From Myxococcota bacterium (GTDB taxonomy: Bacteria > Myxococcota_A > UBA796), in assembly GCA_047621685.1 (NCBI GenBank), contig JBLHNG010000001.1, positions 16,986 to 80,985 on the forward strand: a stretch of 64,000 bases of DNA, in the 5' to 3' direction. Every line of letters begins with the position of its first letter. The stretch's first letter is position 1. The position numbers were made by a program, and so were the translations under genes. Positions 29,801-36,814 of this stretch are shown piece by piece. Below the pieces are notes generated by a model. It saw nothing but the letters and a program-made list of their open reading frames with translations. It made no database searches and was not told the DNA's origin.

Positions 29801-30451
29801 TACGCGGACTTTGACGGAGACGGCTACGGCGACCCGGATAGCCTCACCGAGGCATGTGAGGCCCCGGGCGGCCACGTCGAGAACGGCGAAGACTGCGACG
29901 ACGGCGTCAGCTACTCCTACCCTGGCGCCGATGAGGTCTGCGACGACCTCGACAACGACTGCGATGGCGAGATCGACGAAGACGCCATCGACATGCTCAC
30001 GTACTACGCCGACAGCGACGACGACGGCTACGGCGACGCCAGCAGCGTGATGATGTCCTGCGACCCGCTCTCCGGCTTCGTGCTCGACAGCAGCGACTGC
30101 AACGACGACGCAGATTCCGCCTACCCCGGCGGCACCGAGATCCCCTACGACGGCATCGACAACGACTGCGACGGCAGCGATCTCACCGACGTCGATGGCG
30201 ACGGGTATGAGTCGGATGTGATCGGTGGAGAAGACTGCGACGATGACGATGATGTCATCAACCCCGAGGGCGACGACATCGCCGGAGACGGTGTGGACCA
30301 GGACTGTGACGGGTCTGATACACCGCTTGACGGCTCGGAAACGGACGACGACAAGGGCTCTTGTAGCTATGTCGGCGGTGGAGATGCCGGGCTCTGGGGG
30401 CTGCTGGCGGTCGCCGGTCTCCTCCGGCGTCGGCGCCGCACAGAGGCGTGA
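26891..30451 (+). CDS. Giant secreted surface protein, paralogue of 22686..26774: beta-helix/PMP repeats + MopE-type putative metal-binding Cys/Asp repeats + C-terminal sorting tail
   Basis: GTG 26891 preceded by GGAGG gives VLALLLAMPSLAATLTV, parallel to the paralogue N-terminus (the ORF track starts at TTG 26852). GGAI[YF] repeats. About 7 repeats of DCDD.D..[IV].P.A.E.CDG.DNDCDG..D. Tail GSCSYVGGGDAGLWGLLAVAGLLRRRRR. Confidence 0.85.
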   Translation: MLALLLAMPSLAATLTVSASGTYTTIQSAVTAASDGDTISISAGTYIECVDLGGLDLILIGASTSSTTVDGGGCSAGAFSMTGGETAEISDLTITNSGYSAVVVESSFLTLDNVVIESSGSVSFGRDGGAIFADSSYIEITDSVFDSNGGYYGGAIALESASALVVDDVTFTDNLGQFGAGISLKDASSADITNTTFEGGLVSVTGYGKGGAIYSYYDVEVTIDSSTFTDNDAATFGGAISMESGGSLVITSSIFDSNEILTSLAAPSSGGAIYTYDLDEMSISDSEFTDNVGYFYGGAVFANNMNDETEISDSIFSGNEIQSKRGGAVEFSAGSDLVITRCTFEDNISAEGGAALSVYQNVTLEITESTFSRNTNSSTRDAYGGAIFVYDDDNGEDLTITDSTFDDNEAALSGGALYVYGMDTVDISGTAFRNNAASGVGSSSVYYGGAANFYDVSEVNITNADVCGNEADYAGGFYMELIDAVSMKNSTMVENTAAFEGGSGYILDVTDVVIENNTFIAATGGGLYFGQTAVTFTNNVVAYTTDTYGVYAEDSDTDTDSDFTYNDWYDNGTDDTDGYFSFSTTSDGNITDEPEFNDYSEDGDCTNDDLTPAIGSPLIDAGDPAITDPDDSDSDIGAYGGQGSTAVDEDGDGYYINTDCDDTDSDINPGATEICDGVDNDCDGTVDIGSDDGDTYYADDDGDGFGDADDSSFLCEETSGYVTDDTDCDDGDSDINPDAEEVCDNEDNDCDGDIDGEDATDVTTWYLDYDSDGYGGSAYTETACDQPSGYVADSTDCDDGDSSISPGADEYCDGDDNDCDGDTDEDSALDATTWYIDFDSDGYGVATFTEISCDEPSGFVDNIDDCDDTDSSVSPDADEVCDGIDNNCDGTTDTDAIDLATWYADADGDTYGDPSDSEMTCEPSSGYVDNDDDCDDDSAEALPGGTEICDGLDNDCDGSTDDGSADISMFYADFDGDGYGDPDSLTEACEAPGGHVENGEDCDDGVSYSYPGADEVCDDLDNDCDGEIDEDAIDMLTYYADSDDDGYGDASSVMMSCDPLSGFVLDSSDCNDDADSAYPGGTEIPYDGIDNDCDGSDLTDVDGDGYESDVIGGEDCDDDDDVINPEGDDIAGDGVDQDCDGSDTPLDGSETDDDKGSCSYVGGGDAGLWGLLAVAGLLRRRRRTEA

Positions 30452-30873
30452 TGCTTCCGCTGCTGATGCTGCTGGGCTGTGACAATGCGGTCGAGGGGCC
30501 CTGGCAGGGCTTCTCGATTCACCCGGTCGTCGAGACCGGTGGCACCGCGCTGCCACAGCATGGCTCCGATACGCCCCTCCAGGTCGGCGAGGCGGTTCTG
30601 GACGGCAGCTGTGTGGCGTCCGCGAAGGTGAGCACCGACGCAGCGAGCGGATCCGCCATCCTCACCCGGTTCACTCCGAAGTGCGCCACACGGCTCGCCG
30701 ACTTCACCGGCGAGAACATCGGCCACTCCATCGCCCTGGTGGTCCGCGGTGAGGTCTACTCAGCCCCGGTGATCATGGAGCGCATTGAGGGGGGCGAGGT
30801 CTTGCTGAGCCTCGGTGGTCAGTACTCACCGGAGCAGGCTGAGCGGCTTCTTGTTGAGCTCAGTGGACCATAA
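30448..30873 (+). CDS. Small lipoprotein with SecD P1-head-like segment
   Basis: MMLPLLMLLGCDN lipobox. GHSIALVVRGEVYSAPVIMERIEGGEVLLSLG resembles the SecD periplasmic (LDG.V.SAP.I...I.GG) motif. Start overlaps the giant gene stop (TGATG). Confidence 0.55.
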   Translation: MMLPLLMLLGCDNAVEGPWQGFSIHPVVETGGTALPQHGSDTPLQVGEAVLDGSCVASAKVSTDAASGSAILTRFTPKCATRLADFTGENIGHSIALVVRGEVYSAPVIMERIEGGEVLLSLGGQYSPEQAERLLVELSGP

Positions 30874-30902
30874 GTGCATGAGTAACGCCACCTCGCAGCG
30901 GC

Positions 30903-32096
30903 TTAGCCAGCAATGTTCCACGTGGAACACACCACATGCAGCGCATGCAGTCCCGCCAGAAGACGCCGACCAGCAGCAGTGGGCTGGCCCTTCTCAGCAA
31001 CAGTAGCCAGCCCACGGGCGTTGCTCTCCAGCACCGCATCCCGCCGACGACGAAAGTGCGGAGTCTGACTGATCGGATGCCCAAGCGCCTCCAGGCGGGC
31101 ATGCATCGCCGCGACCGGAACGAAGGCATGAGCAGCCAGAAGCACGCCGGACAGCGGACGGAGGTCTGGCCGAACCGGAGAAGCGGTCCACTCGCTTCGA
31201 CCGTTCTTGAGCACCGGATCCAGCCACATCAGCGTGTTCAGCCGACTGTGCTGGGTCTCATGCACGATCGCTTCGGCCAGGGTCAGCGGATCGGGGTGTA
31301 GCGTCATCCAGGCCACCCCCGGGGCCTCCAGGTAGGACGCTGACAGGTGCATCTCCGCCTCAAAGCCCACCGGCACCAGCCGCTCCAGGCTCAGCGGAAG
31401 CTCTCGCCACCACTCCGGCAGGGCCACCGCAATCAGCGCCAGCGCCTCAGACAGCGCAGCCACCCACTCCGTCGCAGCCTTCCCGCCCAGGCTCACCGCG
31501 TTGCCAGCTTTGTCGGGGTGGTCTTCGAGCATCGAGAGCGGGTTGGTGTCCCGGGTGCTGAGGTGCAGTCGGGGGAGGTCGGGGTGCAGCGGGTGGTAGG
31601 GGCGGCGGGCGTCTTGGGGCGGGACGGAGAGCCGGGTGCCGTCGGCCAGGGCCAGCGACAGCCCGCTCGGATCGGCGACCACCACTGAGAGCGGTGCATC
31701 GATGGCGAAGCCCAGCCGCGGTGCGGACAGCCCCGGAGCGGGGTGGTCCCAGAGGATCGCCTCGGTGAGCGCACGGGCGGGCAGGGCAGCGAGGAGGTCT
31801 GGGCCGACAGCGGCGAGCTGGGCGATCGCATCGACCTGGGGGTGCGCCAGCGACAGCAGGCGCGGCAGCACATCGGGGGCACCGATGGCGGAGAGGGTGG
31901 CAGCCGGGTGGCGTCGGGCGGTGTCGGTGAGCACCGGACGCAGTCGAATCAGCGCACTTCGCAGTGTCGGCGGAAGGCCATCGAGGGGCCAGGTCAGCAG
32001 CCGACGCAGGGCCAGGAGGCGAACCTTACGCACGAGCCGGGGCCAGGAGCTGTCCGATGCCGGGAGCGTGAGAAAGGCGGAGGGGAGGTCGAGCAT
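30903..32096 (-). CDS. HExxH-motif protein, aKG-HExxH-type peptide beta-hydroxylase-like (TIGR04267-like)
   Basis: LAEAIVHETQHSRLNTLMWLDP motif in a ~400-aa soluble protein, transcribed divergently from a radical SAM operon. That context is typical of this family as I recall it. Confidence 0.7.
   Translation of the reverse strand: MLDLPSAFLTLPASDSSWPRLVRKVRLLALRRLLTWPLDGLPPTLRSALIRLRPVLTDTARRHPAATLSAIGAPDVLPRLLSLAHPQVDAIAQLAAVGPDLLAALPARALTEAILWDHPAPGLSAPRLGFAIDAPLSVVVADPSGLSLALADGTRLSVPPQDARRPYHPLHPDLPRLHLSTRDTNPLSMLEDHPDKAGNAVSLGGKAATEWVAALSEALALIAVALPEWWRELPLSLERLVPVGFEAEMHLSASYLEAPGVAWMTLHPDPLTLAEAIVHETQHSRLNTLMWLDPVLKNGRSEWTASPVRPDLRPLSGVLLAAHAFVPVAAMHARLEALGHPISQTPHFRRRRDAVLESNARGLATVAEKGQPTAAGRRLLAGLHALHVVCSTWNIAG
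30910..30931. promoter_or_regulatory. Copy A of 22-bp motif GCAATGTTCCACGTGGAACACA (perfect 16-bp palindrome TGTTCCACGTGGAACA at 30914..30929)
   Basis: Identical 22-mer also at 50253..50274. Read directly. Confidence 0.4.
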
Positions 32097-32150
32097 GGCG
32101 GCTTTATATCAGCCGACCCCGACAGCCCGAGGCAAGGCGTTGTGATACCG

Positions 32151-33482
32151 ATGGGTATGGATCACGCCGAGGAGAACCACCGCACCAAGGGGCTGACCCG
32201 GCTGACCATGGCCTGCAATGAGCGGTGTCCGTTCTGCAACGTGCCGATGGAGGACTACCCTCGCCTCACGCCGCCGGAGTCCGAGGTCCTCGCCGAGCTT
32301 CAGAGCTTCTTCGACAGCGGCGCGCAGACCCTGACCATCTCCGGTGGCGAGCCCACCCTGCTGAGGCGCCGGCTGCTGTCGCTGGTCGACAAGGCGCGGC
32401 AGGGCGGCATCCGCTCCATTGAGCTGCAGACCAACGCTGTGCTGATCGATGGGGCCTACGCGACAGATCTCGCTGAGGCTGGGCTGACCAGTGCGTTCGT
32501 CTCGCTGCTCTCTGAGAGCGCTGAGCTGCACGACCACCTCGCTGGCCTCCCCGGCGCCTTCCCCCGGTGCCTCGCGGGCATCGACGCGCTGATCGCGGCG
32601 GGGGTGTCCGTGACGCTCAACCCGGTCATCGCCTCTGCGACCCAGGCGCGGGTCGTGGACTACATGCGCTTCGTCGTGCAGCGCCTGCCGGCAGTGCGCT
32701 CGATCTCCCTGTCCGCAGTGCAGCCCCATGGCCGGGCCGCCGACAACCTCGATCTCCTGCCCGACTACGGCGTGCTCGCTCAGCAGCTTCCGGAGGCCCG
32801 ACAGGTCGCTCAGGCTGCTGGGGTCACCGTGCTCAACCCCTACTGCGGGCTGCCGCTGTGCGTGGGCTGGAGCGGTGACCTGGGGCAGTGTGTGGAGGCC
32901 GCAGAGGCCCGTGACGGCGGCTGGCGGGCGCGTCCAGGCATCGACAACCAGGGCAACAAGTCCCACGGCGCGGTGTGTGGTCCCTGCGTGCTGCGTCCCT
33001 GGTGTGGTGGCGCCTGGCATGCCTACTGGCAGCATCGGGATGGCGCGGGCATCGCACCCCCGGCCGAGCGGATCCCGCCGTGGCGTGCTGGAGCCTCGAC
33101 GGCCCCCTGGCAGTCGGTGGTCTCCGCGCCCGGTGGCTTGACCGATGCCGCTCGGACCGCACTTCAGTCCGCCGAGACCCCGACGATCTGGCTGTGGACG
33201 GATCGGCTGACCCGGGCAGATGTCGTGCCGCTGCTGACCTCCCGCTGCACTGCGGTGGGGCTGGAGGTGGTGGCTGACGGGCTGGCCTCCGGTGCTCGCC
33301 CCGACTGGCTCCGTCCGCTGCGGGCGCTGCTCCGTGGTGGCTGTGCGGCCCACCTCGCGGTGCGTCGGCCGCTGCTGGCAGGGGATCGTCAAGCGCTGGC
33401 AGCGCTGGCGGACCGGCTCGGGGTGACCGGAGTCGATGTGCTTCCCGAGAGACAGCATGCTTCCAGCACGGCAGGGGCCTGA
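32151..33482 (+). CDS. Radical SAM protein with partial SPASM/twitch-like C-terminal Cys motif (rSAM1)
   Basis: LTMACNERCPFCNV (CxxxCxxC), ISGGEPTLL, ELQTNAVLI, CGPCVLRPWCGG. Start taken at ATG 32151 (GTG 32142 is also possible). Confidence 0.85.
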   Translation: MGMDHAEENHRTKGLTRLTMACNERCPFCNVPMEDYPRLTPPESEVLAELQSFFDSGAQTLTISGGEPTLLRRRLLSLVDKARQGGIRSIELQTNAVLIDGAYATDLAEAGLTSAFVSLLSESAELHDHLAGLPGAFPRCLAGIDALIAAGVSVTLNPVIASATQARVVDYMRFVVQRLPAVRSISLSAVQPHGRAADNLDLLPDYGVLAQQLPEARQVAQAAGVTVLNPYCGLPLCVGWSGDLGQCVEAAEARDGGWRARPGIDNQGNKSHGAVCGPCVLRPWCGGAWHAYWQHRDGAGIAPPAERIPPWRAGASTAPWQSVVSAPGGLTDAARTALQSAETPTIWLWTDRLTRADVVPLLTSRCTAVGLEVVADGLASGARPDWLRPLRALLRGGCAAHLAVRRPLLAGDRQALAALADRLGVTGVDVLPERQHASSTAGA

Positions 33483-33483
33483 C

Positions 33484-34947
33484 ATGAGACAGCGACTTCC
33501 CCAGCCGATGTGGGTCGACATCGGCGGCACGACCCGAAGCCCCGAGCGTCTGGATGTGGTGCCGGCCCCAGCGCGCTCCACGGAAGGCCTCCGCAGTGAC
33601 ATCGCCGCCGCCGGGCGTCACTGGATGCTCACCGGCGGCGAGCCCACCCTGCGTGCAGACCTCTTAGCGCTGCTCTCCGGTGGCGGAATCCGCACCGACG
33701 GCCTCCTCCTCAGCCGCCCTGATGCCCTCGCCACCCTCCAGCGCGCCGGACTGAAGCGCGTGCGCATTCGCATCCACAGCAGCCGTCCCGACGCCCACGA
33801 CTGGCTCTCTGGAACGAAGGGCTCGCTTCGGCACGCCCTGAGGGGGCTCCAGGCATGCACCCGCGCGGGGATTCCCGCGGAGGTCGAGATCGTGCTCACC
33901 CGACCCACCATCGGCCACCTCGACGAGACCGTCGCTCTGGTGACCCGGCTGGGTGCTCGGGGGGTGGCGCTGCGTCGGCTCACCGCTCAGGGGACTGCAG
34001 CGGCGGACTTCATCGCCCTCTCCCCGCGCCTCGGTCTGCTGAGTGCCCCCCTGGAGGATGCAATGGCCGCAGCGGATGCGGCTGGTGTTCCGGCCTGGAC
34101 TGAGGGAGTGCCGACCTGCATGGCGCCCGCCTCTCGGCTGCGAGCGACGCCGACCGGGCGCACTCCGGGATGTGCAGACTGCCCGGCGGACTGCCCCGGC
34201 TACCCAACCGACTACGCAGAGCGCTTCGGGCTCGCGGAGCTGTGGCGGGTGGCTGGAGCGCCGTCCCGGGAGCAGATCCGGGTGGTGATCTCCCCAGACG
34301 AGGCCACCCGGGATGTCCGCCGACGCCTGGTCGCTGCTGCAATGTGTCGTCCAGAGACCCTGCGGGTGGTCGGGGCCGCATCTCACCCCGCACGGTCCGA
34401 CCTGCTGCGAGAGCTGCTGCGCCTGTCGGTCTCCAGTGTCGAGCTGTGTGGAGTGATGGATGGGCTCGCCACCCTCTCCGGGGCTGATCAGCTCCGGCTG
34501 CGTGGATTTGCCCGCATCGACGCCGCCCTCCTCGGCAGCACCGCAGCAACCCACGATGCCGCGGTCGGTCGTCCCGGTGCGTTTGATGCGGTGAAGCAGC
34601 TGCGCAATGTGACGTGTTACGGCATCGTGCGATCCGCTGAAGAGGCCGCTGCGTTCGTCTCCACAGGGGTCACCGATCTGAGGCTCGCCGAGCCGGGCGG
34701 CACCCTCACCTCGCTGTCTGGCATCGCCGCGCTGGCCCCTCTGATCCCGCCTTGTCTTGGTGGCAGCGGCAGCAGCCCGCCCCCTGCCGAGGACTTTCAC
34801 GGCTCCACCCCCGCCGGTCGGCAGGGCTGCTCCACAGACCGCATCGGCGCCACCACCCCCTGCCCCCACGCCGCGCGCTGTTCCGCAGCCGATCGCTGCC
34901 CGGGGCTCGCGGTTGGCTGGGATGCAGAAGGCGTGACACCGCTGTGA
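33484..34947 (+). CDS. Radical SAM-fold paralogue lacking the CxxxCxxC motif (rSAM2, probably catalytically degenerate)
   Basis: Retains MLTGGEPTLRADL, RIRIHSSRPDAHDWLSGTKGSL and CADCPADCPG. The N-terminal 60 aa contain no Cys (MWVDIGGTTRSPERL replaces the cluster loop). ATG lies 1 nt after the rSAM1 stop. Confidence 0.7.
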   Translation: MRQRLPQPMWVDIGGTTRSPERLDVVPAPARSTEGLRSDIAAAGRHWMLTGGEPTLRADLLALLSGGGIRTDGLLLSRPDALATLQRAGLKRVRIRIHSSRPDAHDWLSGTKGSLRHALRGLQACTRAGIPAEVEIVLTRPTIGHLDETVALVTRLGARGVALRRLTAQGTAAADFIALSPRLGLLSAPLEDAMAAADAAGVPAWTEGVPTCMAPASRLRATPTGRTPGCADCPADCPGYPTDYAERFGLAELWRVAGAPSREQIRVVISPDEATRDVRRRLVAAAMCRPETLRVVGAASHPARSDLLRELLRLSVSSVELCGVMDGLATLSGADQLRLRGFARIDAALLGSTAATHDAAVGRPGAFDAVKQLRNVTCYGIVRSAEEAAAFVSTGVTDLRLAEPGGTLTSLSGIAALAPLIPPCLGGSGSSPPPAEDFHGSTPAGRQGCSTDRIGATTPCPHAARCSAADRCPGLAVGWDAEGVTPL

Positions 34948-35008
34948 TGCTGCCACTCACCCTGGAGACAGAGGGCAAGTGGCCCCCACCTGCGATAGGA
35001 TCCGCTCA

Positions 35009-36814
35009 ATGAACCTTCGCGACACGATGCTGGAGCGCGAGCAGATCGCCAACCGCCGCAAGCACTGGGTGCGTGCAGTCACCGCCTGCAACAGCCGCTG
35101 TGTGTTCTGCCTGGACATGGACACCCCCCGCAACGTCTTCCTGCCCATCGAGGAGGTCCAGGCGGAGCTGCAGCGCGGTCGGGAGGAGCTGGACGCCGAC
35201 AAGGTGATCATCTCCGGCGGCGAGGCATCGCTGCATCCGTCGTTCCACGAGCTGGTCCGCTATGGACGCAGCATCGGCTACGACCGGGTCCAGACCGTCA
35301 CCAACGGCTGGAACTTCGCCGAGCGGGACTTCTACCGAGAGGCCATGGCTGCCGGGCTCGGCGAGATCACCTTCAGCCTCCACGGCCACACCGCCGAGCT
35401 GCACGACCGGCTCACTCGCCACCACGGCTCGTTTGCCCGGCTGATGAAGGGCATGATCCGGGCCATCCGCGATCCCCGCGGCCCGATCGTCAACGTCGAT
35501 GTGGTGATCAACAAGCAGAACGTCGGGGTGCTCGACCGCATCATCGAGCTGTGCATCTCCGTCGGCGTGACTGAGTTCGACCTGCTCCATGTCATCCCGC
35601 AGTCTGAGGCATACCGGAATCGTGAGGACCTGTTTTACGATGTTCGCGACCACATGGACGTGCTGCATCGGGTCTTCCGACTCAACCGCCATCCCCGGCT
35701 GGTGATCTGGACCAATCGCTTCCCGATCTCCTACCTGGAGGGGCTCGAAGACCTCATCCAGGACCCCCACAAGATGCTCGACGAGGTCAACGGCCGCCGC
35801 TTCCAGGTCCGCCGCTATCTCGACACCGGCGAGCCCCTCGACTGCCGCCAGCAGGAGCGGTGCGTGCACTGCTTCATCGAGCCGTTCTGCACCACCATGG
35901 ACCGGGTCATCACCACCCAGCACGCCGGGGGCTTCGAGGTGTGGCAGGGCGAGACACAGGGAGAGGATGCGGGTGAGCTGCCGTTTGGCTGCACCCGCTG
36001 GGGACAGACCGCCGCCTCCTGGGACGACGTGCAGTGGCCGGATGTCGGCGGGCTGGAGCTGACCGGAATGGCCGCTGAGCCCATCCCCCGGGCGCTGCCG
36101 GTTCCGGTTCGGATGATCGCCGATCACCCCGACCAGCTCACCGCCTGGCTGAGCGGTCCGCTGCCAGCGCTCGTCGAGGTCGAGGTGGTGCTCAACCAGG
36201 TGACCGCCCCCTGGCTGATGAAGCACCGCGAGACACTGCTCCCACTGCTCGACAGCCTCCGCATTCACCAGCCCTCCCACACGAAGCTGGCCGGGGCCAT
36301 GAAGCAGGATGTCCGCAATCCAGGTGGATTCTTCACCCGACTCGCGCTGCCGATCCGGGTCAGCGGTCTGCCCGCCTGCCTCACCACTGGTGCGGTGGTG
36401 GTCTCGCCCGTTGCTCGCCTCAGTCCGGCCCTGTTCGACCCCGAGCTGGGCCGCCTGGACTCCCGGGCACTCTCTGAGCACCACATCGAGCAGAACTACC
36501 GGGCGAAGTCCGAGCGCTGTCGGGATTGTGCAGTGACCAACGCCTGTGACGGCATCCACGTCAACATGATCCGCGACCAGGGGCTCGCCCTCGCCCGCCC
36601 CCTCGCGCAGGCCCCTGCCGTACACCCGCCCATCGGGGTTCGCATCGCCGAGGGCTGTCCCCCGCTGCCCCCCGCAGAGAGCCTGCCTGGGTTCGCGCCC
36701 CCCCAGGCCCCACCCCGCGATCCCCTCTCCGTCATGGCCGAGCAGATAGACGCCCGCCGCGAGGCCAAACGGGTGGCCCGGAAGAAGATGCTCGCTGATG
36801 CAAGGGAGAGCTGA
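35009..36814 (+). CDS. Radical SAM protein with two SPASM-like Cys motifs (rSAM3)
   Basis: VTACNSRCVFCLD, ISGGEASL, FSLHGHTAELHDRLTRHHGSF, CVHCFIEPFC, CRDCAVTNACDG. Alternative GTG start at 34979. Confidence 0.85.
   Translation: MNLRDTMLEREQIANRRKHWVRAVTACNSRCVFCLDMDTPRNVFLPIEEVQAELQRGREELDADKVIISGGEASLHPSFHELVRYGRSIGYDRVQTVTNGWNFAERDFYREAMAAGLGEITFSLHGHTAELHDRLTRHHGSFARLMKGMIRAIRDPRGPIVNVDVVINKQNVGVLDRIIELCISVGVTEFDLLHVIPQSEAYRNREDLFYDVRDHMDVLHRVFRLNRHPRLVIWTNRFPISYLEGLEDLIQDPHKMLDEVNGRRFQVRRYLDTGEPLDCRQQERCVHCFIEPFCTTMDRVITTQHAGGFEVWQGETQGEDAGELPFGCTRWGQTAASWDDVQWPDVGGLELTGMAAEPIPRALPVPVRMIADHPDQLTAWLSGPLPALVEVEVVLNQVTAPWLMKHRETLLPLLDSLRIHQPSHTKLAGAMKQDVRNPGGFFTRLALPIRVSGLPACLTTGAVVVSPVARLSPALFDPELGRLDSRALSEHHIEQNYRAKSERCRDCAVTNACDGIHVNMIRDQGLALARPLAQAPAVHPPIGVRIAEGCPPLPPAESLPGFAPPQAPPRDPLSVMAEQIDARREAKRVARKKMLADARES

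Noticed and set aside
30878-31006. 42-codon plus-strand ORF (MSNATSQRLSQQCSTWNTPHAAHAVPPEDADQQQWAGPSQQQ) just downstream of the lipoprotein gene, considered as a precursor peptide for the rSAM locus
   Set aside because: It lies antisense to the 3' end of the HExxH gene, whose own translation there looks protein-like. Part of its sequence is merely the palindromic 22-bp element. No RBS is evident. Not fully excluded; conservation analysis would settle it.
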